A stretch of 63,411 nt of DNA, the filler included, from Stramenopiles sp. TOSAG23-3 (taxonomy: Eukaryota): the NCBI GenBank assembly GCA_900128585.1. It is 6 parts of 6 records of this genome, joined end to end, with 100 filler letters (N's around TTAATTAATTAA, not from the genome) between each part and the next. Parts side by side here need not be neighbours in the genome. Positions count along the whole stretch, not along the records: positions 21,218 to 31,703 come from LT642810.1; positions 31,804 to 42,280 come from LT642811.1; 4 more parts are not named here. The stretch is one strand, 5' to 3'. Shown here piece after piece: positions 21,704-32,212 of this stretch. Made by a program: the position numbers and the translations under genes. Each line of letters begins with the position of its first letter. Positions within the stretch are counted from its first letter, which is position 1. The notes beneath the pieces are model-generated. The model did no database searches and had not been told where the DNA came from. It worked only from the letters and a program-made list of their open reading frames with translations.

Positions 21704-22936
21704 ATGTTCTATACCTATTTCCTCCCGGATGCATGCACGGGAAGCGTGCTGAGAAGGGAGAAGGCCAACATTGGCAACCCGTTGCTATCGCAGCCGATAA
21801 CGCTGACGTCGCGGAAAGGGGCGATCTCCTACATAGCTTGCAAAGGCGTGGACAAAACGAAGCGGCCCCAGACCGCAAGCAGCATTAGACCTAGAATCAA
21901 GTCGTCCGAGATGGCCAGGAAGCGGCCGTTATCGGCTTTGAAGCGCAGCAGAGTCTCGCATTTCGTCCCAGTGCTGGCCGACCGAGAGACGAAACGATTG
22001 GACGAAGAGTTGATGGAGATCACGAAAGGGATCGACAAGCATTTGAGCAGCGCCAGGCTTTTAGGAAATGCCTTAGAATCGACCAGCAAGGGCCTGCCAT
22101 CCCCACAGGCAAGGAAAAACTGCCTGTCTCCCATCGAACAGGTGTACACTGGCGGGAAAATGGAGATATTGCCGTGGACGAAGGGTGGGCACCGGCAGCC
22201 GTCATCATTGTCCCCGAAGCGGAAAGGCACCAGCCCCCCCACCAGCCCGATTTCAACGACGCCAGAAAACGAAGGCAGCGGGAACCAGCTCTCCGGGACC
22301 AGCTTCATAGATTTTTCAGACGTTCAGGGGGGGAACAGCAGCTTTGTTTTAGACCAAAAGAGCCGCGAGAAGATAGACTCCATCATCATAACGCATGAAC
22401 GAGAGCAGGAGGAGCTTCGGCACAGCTTCGATTCGATCCCTAAGCTTGACGACAGCGTCAGCGGGGACGTCTTGCTTCTCAAACGACCGTCGAAGAAGCG
22501 AGTCATGGAGCTCAAGTCAAAGGAGAAGGCAGTTGCCCTGTTAATAAAGAAGCACAACGGAGACATCTACGCGGCCGCCCAGTCGCTATCGTCGGACCCC
22601 AACATTGTCCTGATACGGTGGATGAAGCTTGAGCAAGAACTGATGACGCTGGAACTACACGAGCGCCATTGTAACATTCGGGACGAGCGGATTAAGCACG
22701 CAAAAGCGTACAGGCATTCCAAGCGACGGCAACGCACGCAGATAAACAGGGTGTTGCGCAAAGCCAAAGAGAAGGAACGGCAGCGGCGAACGAAGAGAGG
22801 CCAACCTGGCGCCGTTCGAAAAAGTGCGACTATGCGCACAAAGGCGAAAACAGCAACACCCCTTTCGACGAAACTGGTGAAAAGAAAGAGCAACCGTCCA
22901 AAACGGAGAACGTACGTGTATGGCCTAAATGTATAA
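21704..22936 (+). CDS. Hypothetical basic protein with a coiled-coil C-terminus
   Basis: 410-aa ORF in a GC-rich block; no recognised domain. Confidence 0.65.
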   Translation: MFYTYFLPDACTGSVLRREKANIGNPLLSQPITLTSRKGAISYIACKGVDKTKRPQTASSIRPRIKSSEMARKRPLSALKRSRVSHFVPVLADRETKRLDEELMEITKGIDKHLSSARLLGNALESTSKGLPSPQARKNCLSPIEQVYTGGKMEILPWTKGGHRQPSSLSPKRKGTSPPTSPISTTPENEGSGNQLSGTSFIDFSDVQGGNSSFVLDQKSREKIDSIIITHEREQEELRHSFDSIPKLDDSVSGDVLLLKRPSKKRVMELKSKEKAVALLIKKHNGDIYAAAQSLSSDPNIVLIRWMKLEQELMTLELHERHCNIRDERIKHAKAYRHSKRRQRTQINRVLRKAKEKERQRRTKRGQPGAVRKSATMRTKAKTATPLSTKLVKRKSNRPKRRTYVYGLNV

Positions 22937-23628
22937 AGAGAGTGTCCGTGGCCACAATCAACGTCTTCATCCGATGTCTCACTCTTAAAACAAAATTAAA
23001 AAATGAAATTATCCTGCTTTTAAAGAACCACGTACAGGTACAGTTTTATAATATTAATACCCCACCCGGACATTCCTTCGTTCCGTTTTACTGTAGACCG
23101 TATAATAGACCGACTATGAGATATGATACCAAAAGTAATAGAGAAAATTATCATCTTCTAGATTCTATCATCTAAAAAAAATAATATTCATTCTTCATTG
23201 TATTATTAATATACATTCAGTAGTCTAGCAACCAGCCAGCAACAAAACAAAAACAATTCCACACCATCGTATATTGATATTTATTTGATGAAAGTCGTCT
23301 ACGATCTACGAGGAGTACGAGTAGTATTCAGGTACGTACCAAGTAGTATTATAGGAAAAAGTGGTGGTAAGTAACAGTAATAGCTTCTTTTGCTTTGCTA
23401 TTATTATATAAGCTTACTCTACTCTACCACCCCCCACAACCAACCAAGCAAGCAAGCAACCAAGCAAGCACGAAAACCACAAAAGAATCCTAGAAAAGTT
23501 ATAAACATACATAGTACATTATAAGAGAGAGAGGGAGAAGAGAGAAAGACAATTAAAATTATAAACAACCCAGAAGAACAAAGTTTACGCCGCGGTTGAC
23601 AATCTATCTTAGCAAACCCGGAGAAAAC

Positions 23629-24318
23629 ATGGCTTCGTTGACGACTCCTAGACCTGTCGGTTTTCCAGATGAGAAAAGAGACGATGTTCACAAGTGGTTG
23701 CTATGGGCAAACGAACGTTTAACGAGTGAAGCGTTGGAGACAAAATTGCACAAATTATGTGAAGGTAAATCAAAAACCGACGAACGCAACCTTGTAATTG
23801 AAAAAGAAATCAAAGAAGAATTCAACTCCGCGTGGAAAAAAGTGGTGGAGGCCGATTTGAACGTTTCAGCTGAAGAGAGACTGATGACAGCGTTGACGAA
23901 ATTTATCAACGAGCACCAAGACCGTGAACTCAATTCTCTATACCAGCAGTTTAGATCAAACGAAAGGGAAACGTCAATGAAGGCACAGTACGGCAAGGAG
24001 AAATACGAAGCAGTAAAGAAAACTGAAATTGCCACGCAGAATTTTGCTATGAAAACTCAAGAAATTTTTACAGAAATCGCGAAAAAAGAAGGAGGATTCG
24101 AGGTGTTGAACGATATGTTAAAAAAACTACTTCCGGAAGTAGCGACATTTGAACAGAAAATCCAAAGTTTGTCACCCCAAGAGCGCTCTGACGTTATCAC
24201 AAATATGGAACTTGAGGAGATGAAACCTATAATAAAATTTAAGACACTCCAAGCCCTGATTGGTCAAATGCGAAGAGCAGCATCTTCTGACGACTGTTGT
24301 AATTCCGGCAGCAGCTGA
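23629..24318 (+). CDS. Hypothetical alpha-helical protein
   Basis: ATG at 23629 (aacATGg); 229 aa, E/K-rich. Confidence 0.65.
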   Translation: MASLTTPRPVGFPDEKRDDVHKWLLWANERLTSEALETKLHKLCEGKSKTDERNLVIEKEIKEEFNSAWKKVVEADLNVSAEERLMTALTKFINEHQDRELNSLYQQFRSNERETSMKAQYGKEKYEAVKKTEIATQNFAMKTQEIFTEIAKKEGGFEVLNDMLKKLLPEVATFEQKIQSLSPQERSDVITNMELEEMKPIIKFKTLQALIGQMRRAASSDDCCNSGSS

Positions 24319-24665
24319 TAAATGGCTGACTGCTGAGACAGCGAAGTTAGAATCGCGTGCAGCAGTGCGGCGTGGAAAAAAAAAAATGAAGGACAGAAAT
24401 GACAGGGTTGGGCTTGAAAATTTTCTTACTTTTGAACAAAAAGAAGACAAGTCTAAAATTTCCCTTGATCCGTTTTATTTATTTTTTGGGTGAGAGAAGC
24501 GTGAGTAAAATTTTTATCACAGATGAAAGTACAAAAATATATAGGATTTTACTGCGAGACGTAAAACTGTTATTGGTCAACAAACTGATGTTTTCTTTGT
24601 TAACCCCTCTCCTCAGGGGAGCGCTTTTTATCCCATTCTCTTTAAAATTATTGTCCCTCTTTTCT

Positions 24666-26483
24666 TCACGCAAGGGTCATCCCACTGCAGCCGATTTGGC
24701 CGGCTCGGTTGCGAGAAGACAAGGGGCTGTGGAGCAGCCCTTTGCCAACGTTGACGCCTTGTTTTCTGGCCATAAGTTTGTTCTGTTTGTCGATGTGCTG
24801 CATGTACCTGTACCTTTGCTTGGTCTTTCCCTTGATACGGATTTGGTCTTGAAACTCGTGAATATTGTTGTGAAACTCGACCACTTTGTCCAACTGTGAC
24901 CCCAAGTACTCCTTTTGTCGCGTACGGACACTGCGGGGCGGCAGTTTGTGGTGCCACTCCCATCCACTTTGATTCAGACGCTTCTTTTCCCACTGCTGCC
25001 ACCCCTTTCCTTTCTCGTCAAAGGACTTGTTGAACCGCAGGGGGCTCCGGCGACCTTGCTCACCTTCGTAAAGTCCAGATTTAGCCAGGGTGCCGTCTCG
25101 ACCCACACCAACTCGTTTCCAGGTTTTATCGTTTTCGTCTAGTTTTGGTGAAGCGCGCATGTTCTTCCCAGATTGCCTTGAATCCAAAAACTCCCGCCCG
25201 GACAATGGTGCTAGGTCCCTGGTGTCGATCTGCAAGGAGCTTTTGAAGTGCGGCTTGGTCTCTTCGTAGCGACGGCGCAGTGGTATGAAGTGCTGCCTGG
25301 ACGAAGCCGAGCTCGCCGTCTGCGCGCGAGGCACGGGCAAAGTGGAATTACCACTGTTCGCTATTTTCGTGTTTGGGTCGTCGAAGAACAAATGATCGAA
25401 CCGCCCTGTTTTGAGGTTATCTAGCGAGAGTAAATTTGGCATGGACGCGGTGTTGGTCCGGCGGCTGCTGCTCCGCTGTTCCATGATCGGCGAAGGCTGC
25501 CCCAGCGGTGTCAGTGTCGGGCTTTTGCTTTTGCGACCAAGCTGGCGAGTGCTGTTGATAATGTTGTCGTAGTCGGAATGATCGGACCGTCCACTGCGCA
25601 CGACGGACCCACCAGTTCGCACCGGGGATTGCCGCGGGTGCTGGGTCTGGTTCGCTTCGTCCCCGAAGCGTTTTGCGCTGCCGGCGGCCGAATGCCTAGT
25701 GGGAGACAAGGTGGTCATGGGCCGCCGCTGGCCACTGACCTCCGGGCTGCCAAACGCCTGGGTTGGAACGGGTTGAACCGACGATGTTGTCGGCCGGCTC
25801 GTTGGAAACGTTCTCGTGCCGACGAACTTTGGTTCTTTTGGTAGAGCACCGGAGAAAGTTTCCCCCCCAAAACGAAGGGGCTCCTTCATTGATTCTTTCA
25901 GGAACTTTGTTTCCCGCGCCCTTGCTCGATCGAGCATAACTCGAGCGTTTGGCTTGTCCGCCCCCATCAACGTTTGGAGAAATTCCTGAAACGTGATATC
26001 CCCGTTGCCATCGATGTCGCACGCGATACACAGCTCGTGGACTTCTTTCGAAGACAAGCCTATGTCCAAATTGTCTGGGCCTACCGCAGTCTCAAACTCA
26101 TCGTAGCTGACTCCTCCGTCTCCGTCCATGTCTATTTCTTTGTAAGCTTGCAGTAACATCCGAGTGTCCTGGCGAACTTTGCCAAAGCCATTCCCTGCTT
26201 TCCGCTGAAGGAGCCGGTCGACCACTCGACGCTTCAGCGAGAACAGTTTCTGCGCGGCTTCCACCCGTTCGCGCTGGGATGGGGTGTCGTGCTTGCGCTT
26301 CATCAGTCGTTGTCGATCCTCCAACAGTTGCTTCTTTTTCATTCGCGCTTTGTGCATCTTTATCGTCAACGATTCCCGCTTTGGTATCCCTTTTGGCAAA
26401 TGCAAGCGTGCTGAATGTGTCAGGTCACGCGGCATATCGCCCCGAAAGGGCAATGTGTCATAATGATTTGGTCGAATGAACAT
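24666..26483 (-). CDS. EF-hand pair protein with a long disordered tail
   Basis: DMDGDGGVSYDE and DIDGNGDITFQE EF-hand loops. Confidence 0.8.
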   Translation of the reverse strand: MFIRPNHYDTLPFRGDMPRDLTHSARLHLPKGIPKRESLTIKMHKARMKKKQLLEDRQRLMKRKHDTPSQRERVEAAQKLFSLKRRVVDRLLQRKAGNGFGKVRQDTRMLLQAYKEIDMDGDGGVSYDEFETAVGPDNLDIGLSSKEVHELCIACDIDGNGDITFQEFLQTLMGADKPNARVMLDRARARETKFLKESMKEPLRFGGETFSGALPKEPKFVGTRTFPTSRPTTSSVQPVPTQAFGSPEVSGQRRPMTTLSPTRHSAAGSAKRFGDEANQTQHPRQSPVRTGGSVVRSGRSDHSDYDNIINSTRQLGRKSKSPTLTPLGQPSPIMEQRSSSRRTNTASMPNLLSLDNLKTGRFDHLFFDDPNTKIANSGNSTLPVPRAQTASSASSRQHFIPLRRRYEETKPHFKSSLQIDTRDLAPLSGREFLDSRQSGKNMRASPKLDENDKTWKRVGVGRDGTLAKSGLYEGEQGRRSPLRFNKSFDEKGKGWQQWEKKRLNQSGWEWHHKLPPRSVRTRQKEYLGSQLDKVVEFHNNIHEFQDQIRIKGKTKQRYRYMQHIDKQNKLMARKQGVNVGKGLLHSPLSSRNRAGQIGCSGMTLA

Positions 26484-27388
26484 CGCCTGCAAAGAACCAC
26501 CTCTTCTTGACCCAAGCCAGAACCAAACAACAACAACAGAACGATCACAACCTTATTCCTCTCCCCGTCCAATGCCCAACTAACACTGGTATTTGTGGTT
26601 TAACATGGGTACTTCTTTAATAGCGCAGAGCAACTTTCTTCTCCTCGTTTGGATAAAAGATACATGTATAAAGACAACAGAACGACGACGAAAGAAGAAA
26701 AAAAATAGAAGAAAAAAAGGATTACATATATTTTTTTATATTACCGTACTAAGAGGACATTACATCATCACAGCAGAATTAAATATAAATCCGTTTACAT
26801 TTTTATATTATTTATGAAGGAATGAAGAAGGAATGAATGAATTATCATATTATATCATAGTCGTAGTTACTAGACTACTATTAGACTGACTATCAAATAT
26901 TTAAAATTATAAATTATATAGATATAATAAAAAAGGAAGAAATAATTATCCAATAATTATCCAATAATCTAAATATCTTCTGTACGTATTTTATTTAGAT
27001 TCTATACTTTTATATTGATTAGATTATTATTATTCTACCTATCAACACAAGTGGGGTTTGGGTTAGTGCTAAGTACGAAGAGGAGAAGAGGATACAAAAG
27101 AAGAGGACGAACTGAACTGAACTGACGAACTATTTTTTATTATTTTTTATATTTTATATTTTATTATTATATTTATACTGCTGGGAGGATGATATTTGTT
27201 CTGACCGTTACAGTTTTTTGTTTTGAGTTTTTATTTTTTATATTATTACACTATTTAAAAGTTCTGCACGAATATTAATGAACAATGGTCGCCTCCCTGT
27301 CTTTGAAGACGTGCATAGTCAACAGCCAAGCATCAATTTTTACAAGTCGGTCAAAAACTCACCAAGTTCAACTTATTTGTTGTTCACC

Positions 27389-29572
27389 ATGGGAGATATT
27401 GAGGTTCTTGCAAACTCGGCAGAAGAGTTGGAAGGTGAGGCGAGGGAACTTTTTGCCAAATACGACCTTGACAGGTCGGGAACATTAGACCTTGGCCAGT
27501 TCACCATCCTGCTGTCGAATGAAATAGGAATCCCACCAGACGATATCGCCGATGTATTCGACGATTTTGACGAAGACCACAATGGTACAATAGATTTCGT
27601 GGAGTTTGTGAAACACCACAATCTCCTCGTGGAAAGGCAACGAAAGCGGTTTGGAACGCGCGGCGGAAACGGCCCTAAGAAGGCGAGCCAAACTTTGAAA
27701 ACGGGAAGAACGCTCTCGGGATTGTTCCCAAAGGGCAAACGTATCGCTGTCATATTTGCGTGCGACGATTATGTGGGTTCTGAACATGAAGGCAAAAGCC
27801 TTGCAAATTTAGATTTCGCAGTGAAAGACGCTGAGCTTTTTCGTGATACGATTAAGGCAGCGGGGTTTGAAATATTCAGTTACAAAGTGAATGGCGAGTG
27901 CACCAGCGAATCGATGCGAAATGTACTGGATGACGTTATCAGCCATTTCGAAGAAACGTCCACAATTGCACAGTTTATTTTTTACTATGCTGGACACGGG
28001 GTGAAAGACAAGAACTCAAAGGGTTGGTTTGCGTTGAACAAATACAACAACAAAGATCGTAAAACAAAATTTAAAATGGCGGAATTGAAGTCCAAAGCAA
28101 GCGAGATAGGAGCCATTCAACAACTGTACGTTTTGGACTGTTGCCACGCTGGGGAGCTCTTTGGAAAAACCCGTGGAGTAAAGCTAACGTTTGGGTTAGA
28201 ATTAGCGTCCAAGCCATGCGTATTTGGGATCACCGCAGTGACGGGGGACCAGGAAGCAGAAGAGGGGGACGGGCATGGCCTGTTCACTCAAACCCTGTGC
28301 TACGGGATTGGTAAGAAACAAGCCGCAATGGGAGATAAACCTTACGCCACGTCTAACGATTTGCTGGAATTCGTGCAAATACGCGTGCATGAGAAGAGCA
28401 ACAACAGAATGCAACCATGTGGTGAGAAAATGCTGCACGATCATTTTGACAACCCATGCAATGGGCAATTTATCATGTTTCACGAAGAGACCATCAACAA
28501 CTTGAAAGCTGACTATGAGCAAGAGAATGAGGCCAGGACCTCAACAAAGAAATCCCGCGGGGTTGGGGCACAGAAAGTTCTACAAGAATTGCCCAGTGCA
28601 GCGGACGACAGCGTGCAGGATTTTGTCAATTCTATTGATGGGGTAAAAATAAAAACAAATTTGACTCCAATCTTTTCCGCTCTGAACGTCTTTGATGTAT
28701 CCGATCTGACGGAATTGAAAAAAAACATGGTGGAACAAAGATTACTGCCACGGTTGAAACGACTGGAGCAGAAAAAATGGCTCCAAGGCGATGTTATTGA
28801 GAAAGCAAAGGCTTTCACAAAGGCAAGGTTGGAAGCCATAGAATCTGATGCGTCAAGAGCCCGAACAATAAAAGAATGGTTGTCAGTGCTCCCTAACTCT
28901 CAAACCGAGAGCGTAAAACAATGGTTGGTGAACTATGGGCTTGAAGACTTTGACGATGGTTTGGAGGATGTAGTTACGATGGAGCAAGAGGACATAATTC
29001 AACTGTGTTACGCTATGGCCAATTGCAAGGCCTACACGCGTAGGTGCCTATTTAAAGCGTTGAAAGGTTTAGATAGTAGGCTACAACCGGCAGTGGAAGA
29101 AGCGAAGGCAGCAATGAAATGGGCAAGGGAAGAAATCAACAAAAATCACTGCGGGAAGGTAATACCAGGAACAGGAAATAAATATAGACCGATAGATGGT
29201 ACATCGGAAAAAGGCTGCCAACTTATAGCAAGACTCCTTGGATTGAAACTTGGTGGTAATGGCACCCCTTTTGCCGGAAATTTTTCAAACAAAGGTCTTT
29301 ACGCTTATTCAAGTGGTCCATTAAAAGGTTGTGCGTTTTTTGGAAGGGGCGGAAGCGAATCTGATATGCTAGAAAAACCCCTCAATAAAGCTATAATGCA
29401 CAGGCCATTAGATTTTACGTCTGAAGAATGTTCTGAAAAGATTGCAAACATTCTTGGTTTAAAACTTGGTTGTGTAGGAGGCTACGCTTTTGCTGGCAAC
29501 TACAAAACAAAAGGCCTTTACACATACGGTGATGGTGAAGCTTATTTTGGGCGGGAAGATGATAAAAAATAA
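27389..29572 (+). CDS. EF-hand, Peptidase C14 (caspase-like), SAM-like domains and a duplicated C-terminal Gly-rich repeat
   Basis: EF loops DLDRSGTLDLGQ and DEDHNGTIDFVE. C14 motifs RIAVIFACDDY, LDFAVKDA, FYYAGHG (catalytic His), VLDCCHAG (catalytic Cys), GHGLFTQTL. caccATGg at 27389; an in-frame upstream ATG lies at 27278. Confidence 0.85.
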   Translation: MGDIEVLANSAEELEGEARELFAKYDLDRSGTLDLGQFTILLSNEIGIPPDDIADVFDDFDEDHNGTIDFVEFVKHHNLLVERQRKRFGTRGGNGPKKASQTLKTGRTLSGLFPKGKRIAVIFACDDYVGSEHEGKSLANLDFAVKDAELFRDTIKAAGFEIFSYKVNGECTSESMRNVLDDVISHFEETSTIAQFIFYYAGHGVKDKNSKGWFALNKYNNKDRKTKFKMAELKSKASEIGAIQQLYVLDCCHAGELFGKTRGVKLTFGLELASKPCVFGITAVTGDQEAEEGDGHGLFTQTLCYGIGKKQAAMGDKPYATSNDLLEFVQIRVHEKSNNRMQPCGEKMLHDHFDNPCNGQFIMFHEETINNLKADYEQENEARTSTKKSRGVGAQKVLQELPSAADDSVQDFVNSIDGVKIKTNLTPIFSALNVFDVSDLTELKKNMVEQRLLPRLKRLEQKKWLQGDVIEKAKAFTKARLEAIESDASRARTIKEWLSVLPNSQTESVKQWLVNYGLEDFDDGLEDVVTMEQEDIIQLCYAMANCKAYTRRCLFKALKGLDSRLQPAVEEAKAAMKWAREEINKNHCGKVIPGTGNKYRPIDGTSEKGCQLIARLLGLKLGGNGTPFAGNFSNKGLYAYSSGPLKGCAFFGRGGSESDMLEKPLNKAIMHRPLDFTSEECSEKIANILGLKLGCVGGYAFAGNYKTKGLYTYGDGEAYFGREDDKK

Positions 29573-29866
29573 TTTTATTAAAAAAATGTGGTCAAATGAA
29601 GGGTTGTTGGTCACTCTAAAAGAAACCTTTTAACACAAAATAGTGGCTTTTATTTAGATACTGATTGGTAAAACCACAAGAGCATCGCTAAGTTCGTGGT
29701 ACATTGAAGGAACGTAAACAAAGAAAGGGAACAGATTCAGTTCGTGGCGGTACATGAGGAAGATAAAATTTACCTACTAGTAAATAATAGCCAATTTTTT
29801 TATTTTTAGATTATTTCGGAGTGTATTTGTGTTTTTAAATTTCGGTGCAAGTGGCGTCGTGAAATG

Positions 29867-31396
29867 TTACAGTGGTATGCTTGAGACATCCAGATCGTAT
29901 TCAAGATCCGTAGGTTCGTCGACTTCGGTCCATCCCCCGTCGATGAAAACGGGCGACACTTTGACACCGCTGTTGATCAAACTTTGAAGAAGAGTCGTCA
30001 TGTACATGTTCGGGTAACTTTTCCCGTCGTACATAGCATTTTTGTCCAGAGCGTGATAATGCTCTCGAAGGATTTTGACGCCCGCCGCAGAAAATTTCAT
30101 CAAGCCAATATACTGGCCCTCAATTTCATCGTAAGATTTCGGCTTTTTTCCAATTTCAGTGATAAACCCATCCTCGCTAATTTTCAAAGTCTCTGCATCG
30201 GTCAGAGGGTTCTCCATCCTGGCTTCCCACAAAGACCGCCACTGTCGATCGATTACAACTGAAACGTCTGCATTGCTAGCAAGGAGCGCTTGAACTATTT
30301 TTGGGTTGTAGATGATGTCTGAGTAGCTCAGAACCAAATCGTCCACCGAATCGAGCTGTTCCTCTGCACAAAAAAGAGTTGCGACCATGTTGGTCTTGTC
30401 ATAATCCTTGTTGACAATGGACGTTGTGTCTTTGCGTTCCAACACCGAAGCTAGGTACCCCTTTACCAAGCAAATATCTTCAACGCCAGAGGCGCGCAGA
30501 GAGGCCAAGATGTAGTCGATGATGCAGTTGCCTTTGTACTTTACCATGCACTTTGGTACGGTATTTGTCAAAGGCCTGAGCCGGCTGCCTTGGCCGGCGC
30601 ACAGGACCACCGCCCGGACCTTCTTTCCTTTGTACGCAGCGAAAAAGTCGTCCTCTTTAACGAAACCAGGCCGTCCGCAAGTTTTTAATGGGCCAGAATA
30701 GTTCTTATAGCTATCTAGGTTGCGGATGCCCTCAGCCACCGCTTTGATTTTAGGGTATGGCCCAAAGCAGTCCAGTTGGATCTCCTCCCGAAGACGGCGC
30801 AGGCACATTTCGTCCTGCCAGTCCATGTGCTGACACAGGAAGAAGTCTACGTAGGACGGCGAGTCCCCAAAGAAATATGGCCCTTTGATACCACGTGATA
30901 GGTTCGTCGCCTGCTTCGTAAACCTGCTCGGCTTCTCGCTCCCGTCACCTTCAAGGTAAATCTTCAGAGCCGCGCCACCTGCCCCGGAATTCTTTCCAAT
31001 CCCACCTTCGAACAAATCGACAATGTCTGCAAGATACTGGGCCGCTTTGAACTGGTCCACGCCGGCGCCCAAGCCACTCTTTTGGCCAACGTACGTGGTA
31101 ACAGCAGTGGATTGGGAAATTTGGTACTCGCCATCAACAACGATAGGGGGGGCAAATGTATCCGAACCGCCCCCGAAAGCAGTGCATACGCCTGCAATGT
31201 CCGGGAAGGCAGATATGTGCTCGTACTTTGTGCCAGTGTGCTCAAGCATGCGAAGGGCTGCCCCGGCTCTGCCAAACATCGGCCAGTAGTAAACTTTCAG
31301 TTTCTCTGAAGCAAAAGAAGTCATTTGTTGATTGCTTCGTCGTGAGGGATTGTGCTGCGGTTTGCTTGTCGGTTTGAATAAATTGTCGTCACACAT
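29867..31396 (-). CDS. Glutathione S-transferase domain fused to a phosphocholine-cytidylyltransferase-family (LicC-like) NTP transferase
   Basis: GST: KVYYWPMFGRAGAALRMLEHTG, FAPPIVVDGEYQISQSTA, YFFGDSPSYVDF. NTP transferase: AVVLCAGQGSRLRPLTNTVPKCMV, TNMVATL, SYSDIIY, EGQYIGLMKFS, WTEVDEPTDL. Alternative start at 31324. Confidence 0.85.
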   Translation of the reverse strand: MCDDNLFKPTSKPQHNPSRRSNQQMTSFASEKLKVYYWPMFGRAGAALRMLEHTGTKYEHISAFPDIAGVCTAFGGGSDTFAPPIVVDGEYQISQSTAVTTYVGQKSGLGAGVDQFKAAQYLADIVDLFEGGIGKNSGAGGAALKIYLEGDGSEKPSRFTKQATNLSRGIKGPYFFGDSPSYVDFFLCQHMDWQDEMCLRRLREEIQLDCFGPYPKIKAVAEGIRNLDSYKNYSGPLKTCGRPGFVKEDDFFAAYKGKKVRAVVLCAGQGSRLRPLTNTVPKCMVKYKGNCIIDYILASLRASGVEDICLVKGYLASVLERKDTTSIVNKDYDKTNMVATLFCAEEQLDSVDDLVLSYSDIIYNPKIVQALLASNADVSVVIDRQWRSLWEARMENPLTDAETLKISEDGFITEIGKKPKSYDEIEGQYIGLMKFSAAGVKILREHYHALDKNAMYDGKSYPNMYMTTLLQSLINSGVKVSPVFIDGGWTEVDEPTDLEYDLDVSSIPL

Positions 31397-31703
31397 TCAT
31401 TTCTGTGCCTTTTCTTTCTTTCTTGTTTAGTTTTTATCATCTTCATCGAATCACCTAATATTTTTTATCCTCACTAGTGGGATTTATTATAGTACCAAGG
31501 TAGGAGGAGTTGTTTTAATTTATTATTATTTTTTATTATAATTTTTTTTTTTTTAGATAATCTTCTTCTTCTTTCTTCATCATTTTTTTAAATTTTTTTA
31601 AATTTTTTTGGTGGGTGGTATTTACATGTAAATTGTATTATTTATTTATTAGACGACTACGTGTATTTATTAGCTATAATTTGTTGTTTCTTTCTTCTTC
31701 TTT

Positions 31704-31803
31704 NNNNNNNNNNNNNNNNNNNNNNNNNNNNNNNNNNNNNNNNNNNNTTAATTAATTAANNNNNNNNNNNNNNNNNNNNNNNNNNNNNNNNNNNNNNNNN
31801 NNN
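31704..31803. other. Artificial contig linker
   Basis: N44-TTAATTAATTAA-N44. Confidence 0.97.
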
Positions 31804-31899
31804 TTGTACTGCTCTATGAAATAATGATCGGTATTGAGTTTGATCGTTTCGGGTTCGTATACACATACAGATGTAAGTGTACGTTCTGAAGATCTTAAA

Positions 31900-32133
31900 T
31901 AACAGCCAATTTTCTTGTTTTTAAAACATGGTACGACGAAGCTAAATTTAATTACTTAAATAACAGCCAATTTTCTTGTTTTAAAACATAATATCATATG
32001 TATATTAATTTGTTTTTTCATATGTATCATATGACATACTATATAATTTGTTTTTTTCATATGTATCATATATTTATAATTTGTTTTTCATACTCTTAAA
32101 ACAAGAAAATTGGCTGTTATTTAAGTAATTAAA
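31900..32133. repeat. Cluster of the dispersed repeat, including a perfect 38-bp inverted repeat (31947-31984 / 32096-32133) around three tandem TAATTTGTTTTT(T)CATA units
   Basis: tttaattacttaaataacagccaattttcttgttttaa ... ttaaaacaagaaaattggctgttatttaagtaattaaa; a further copy at 31900-31921. Confidence 0.9.
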
Positions 32134-32212
32134 ATATTCATACTCTTTAACTGAATTAAAAGGTTTCATAAATTACAAATAGCGTAAGGTGAAGTTCTTA
32201 ATGGATCTTAGT

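Noticed and set aside
27389-31396. Caspase plus GST-cytidylyltransferase as a single operon or defence island
   Set aside because: The genes are convergent in a eukaryote and share no visible regulatory link; adjacency alone is insufficient.
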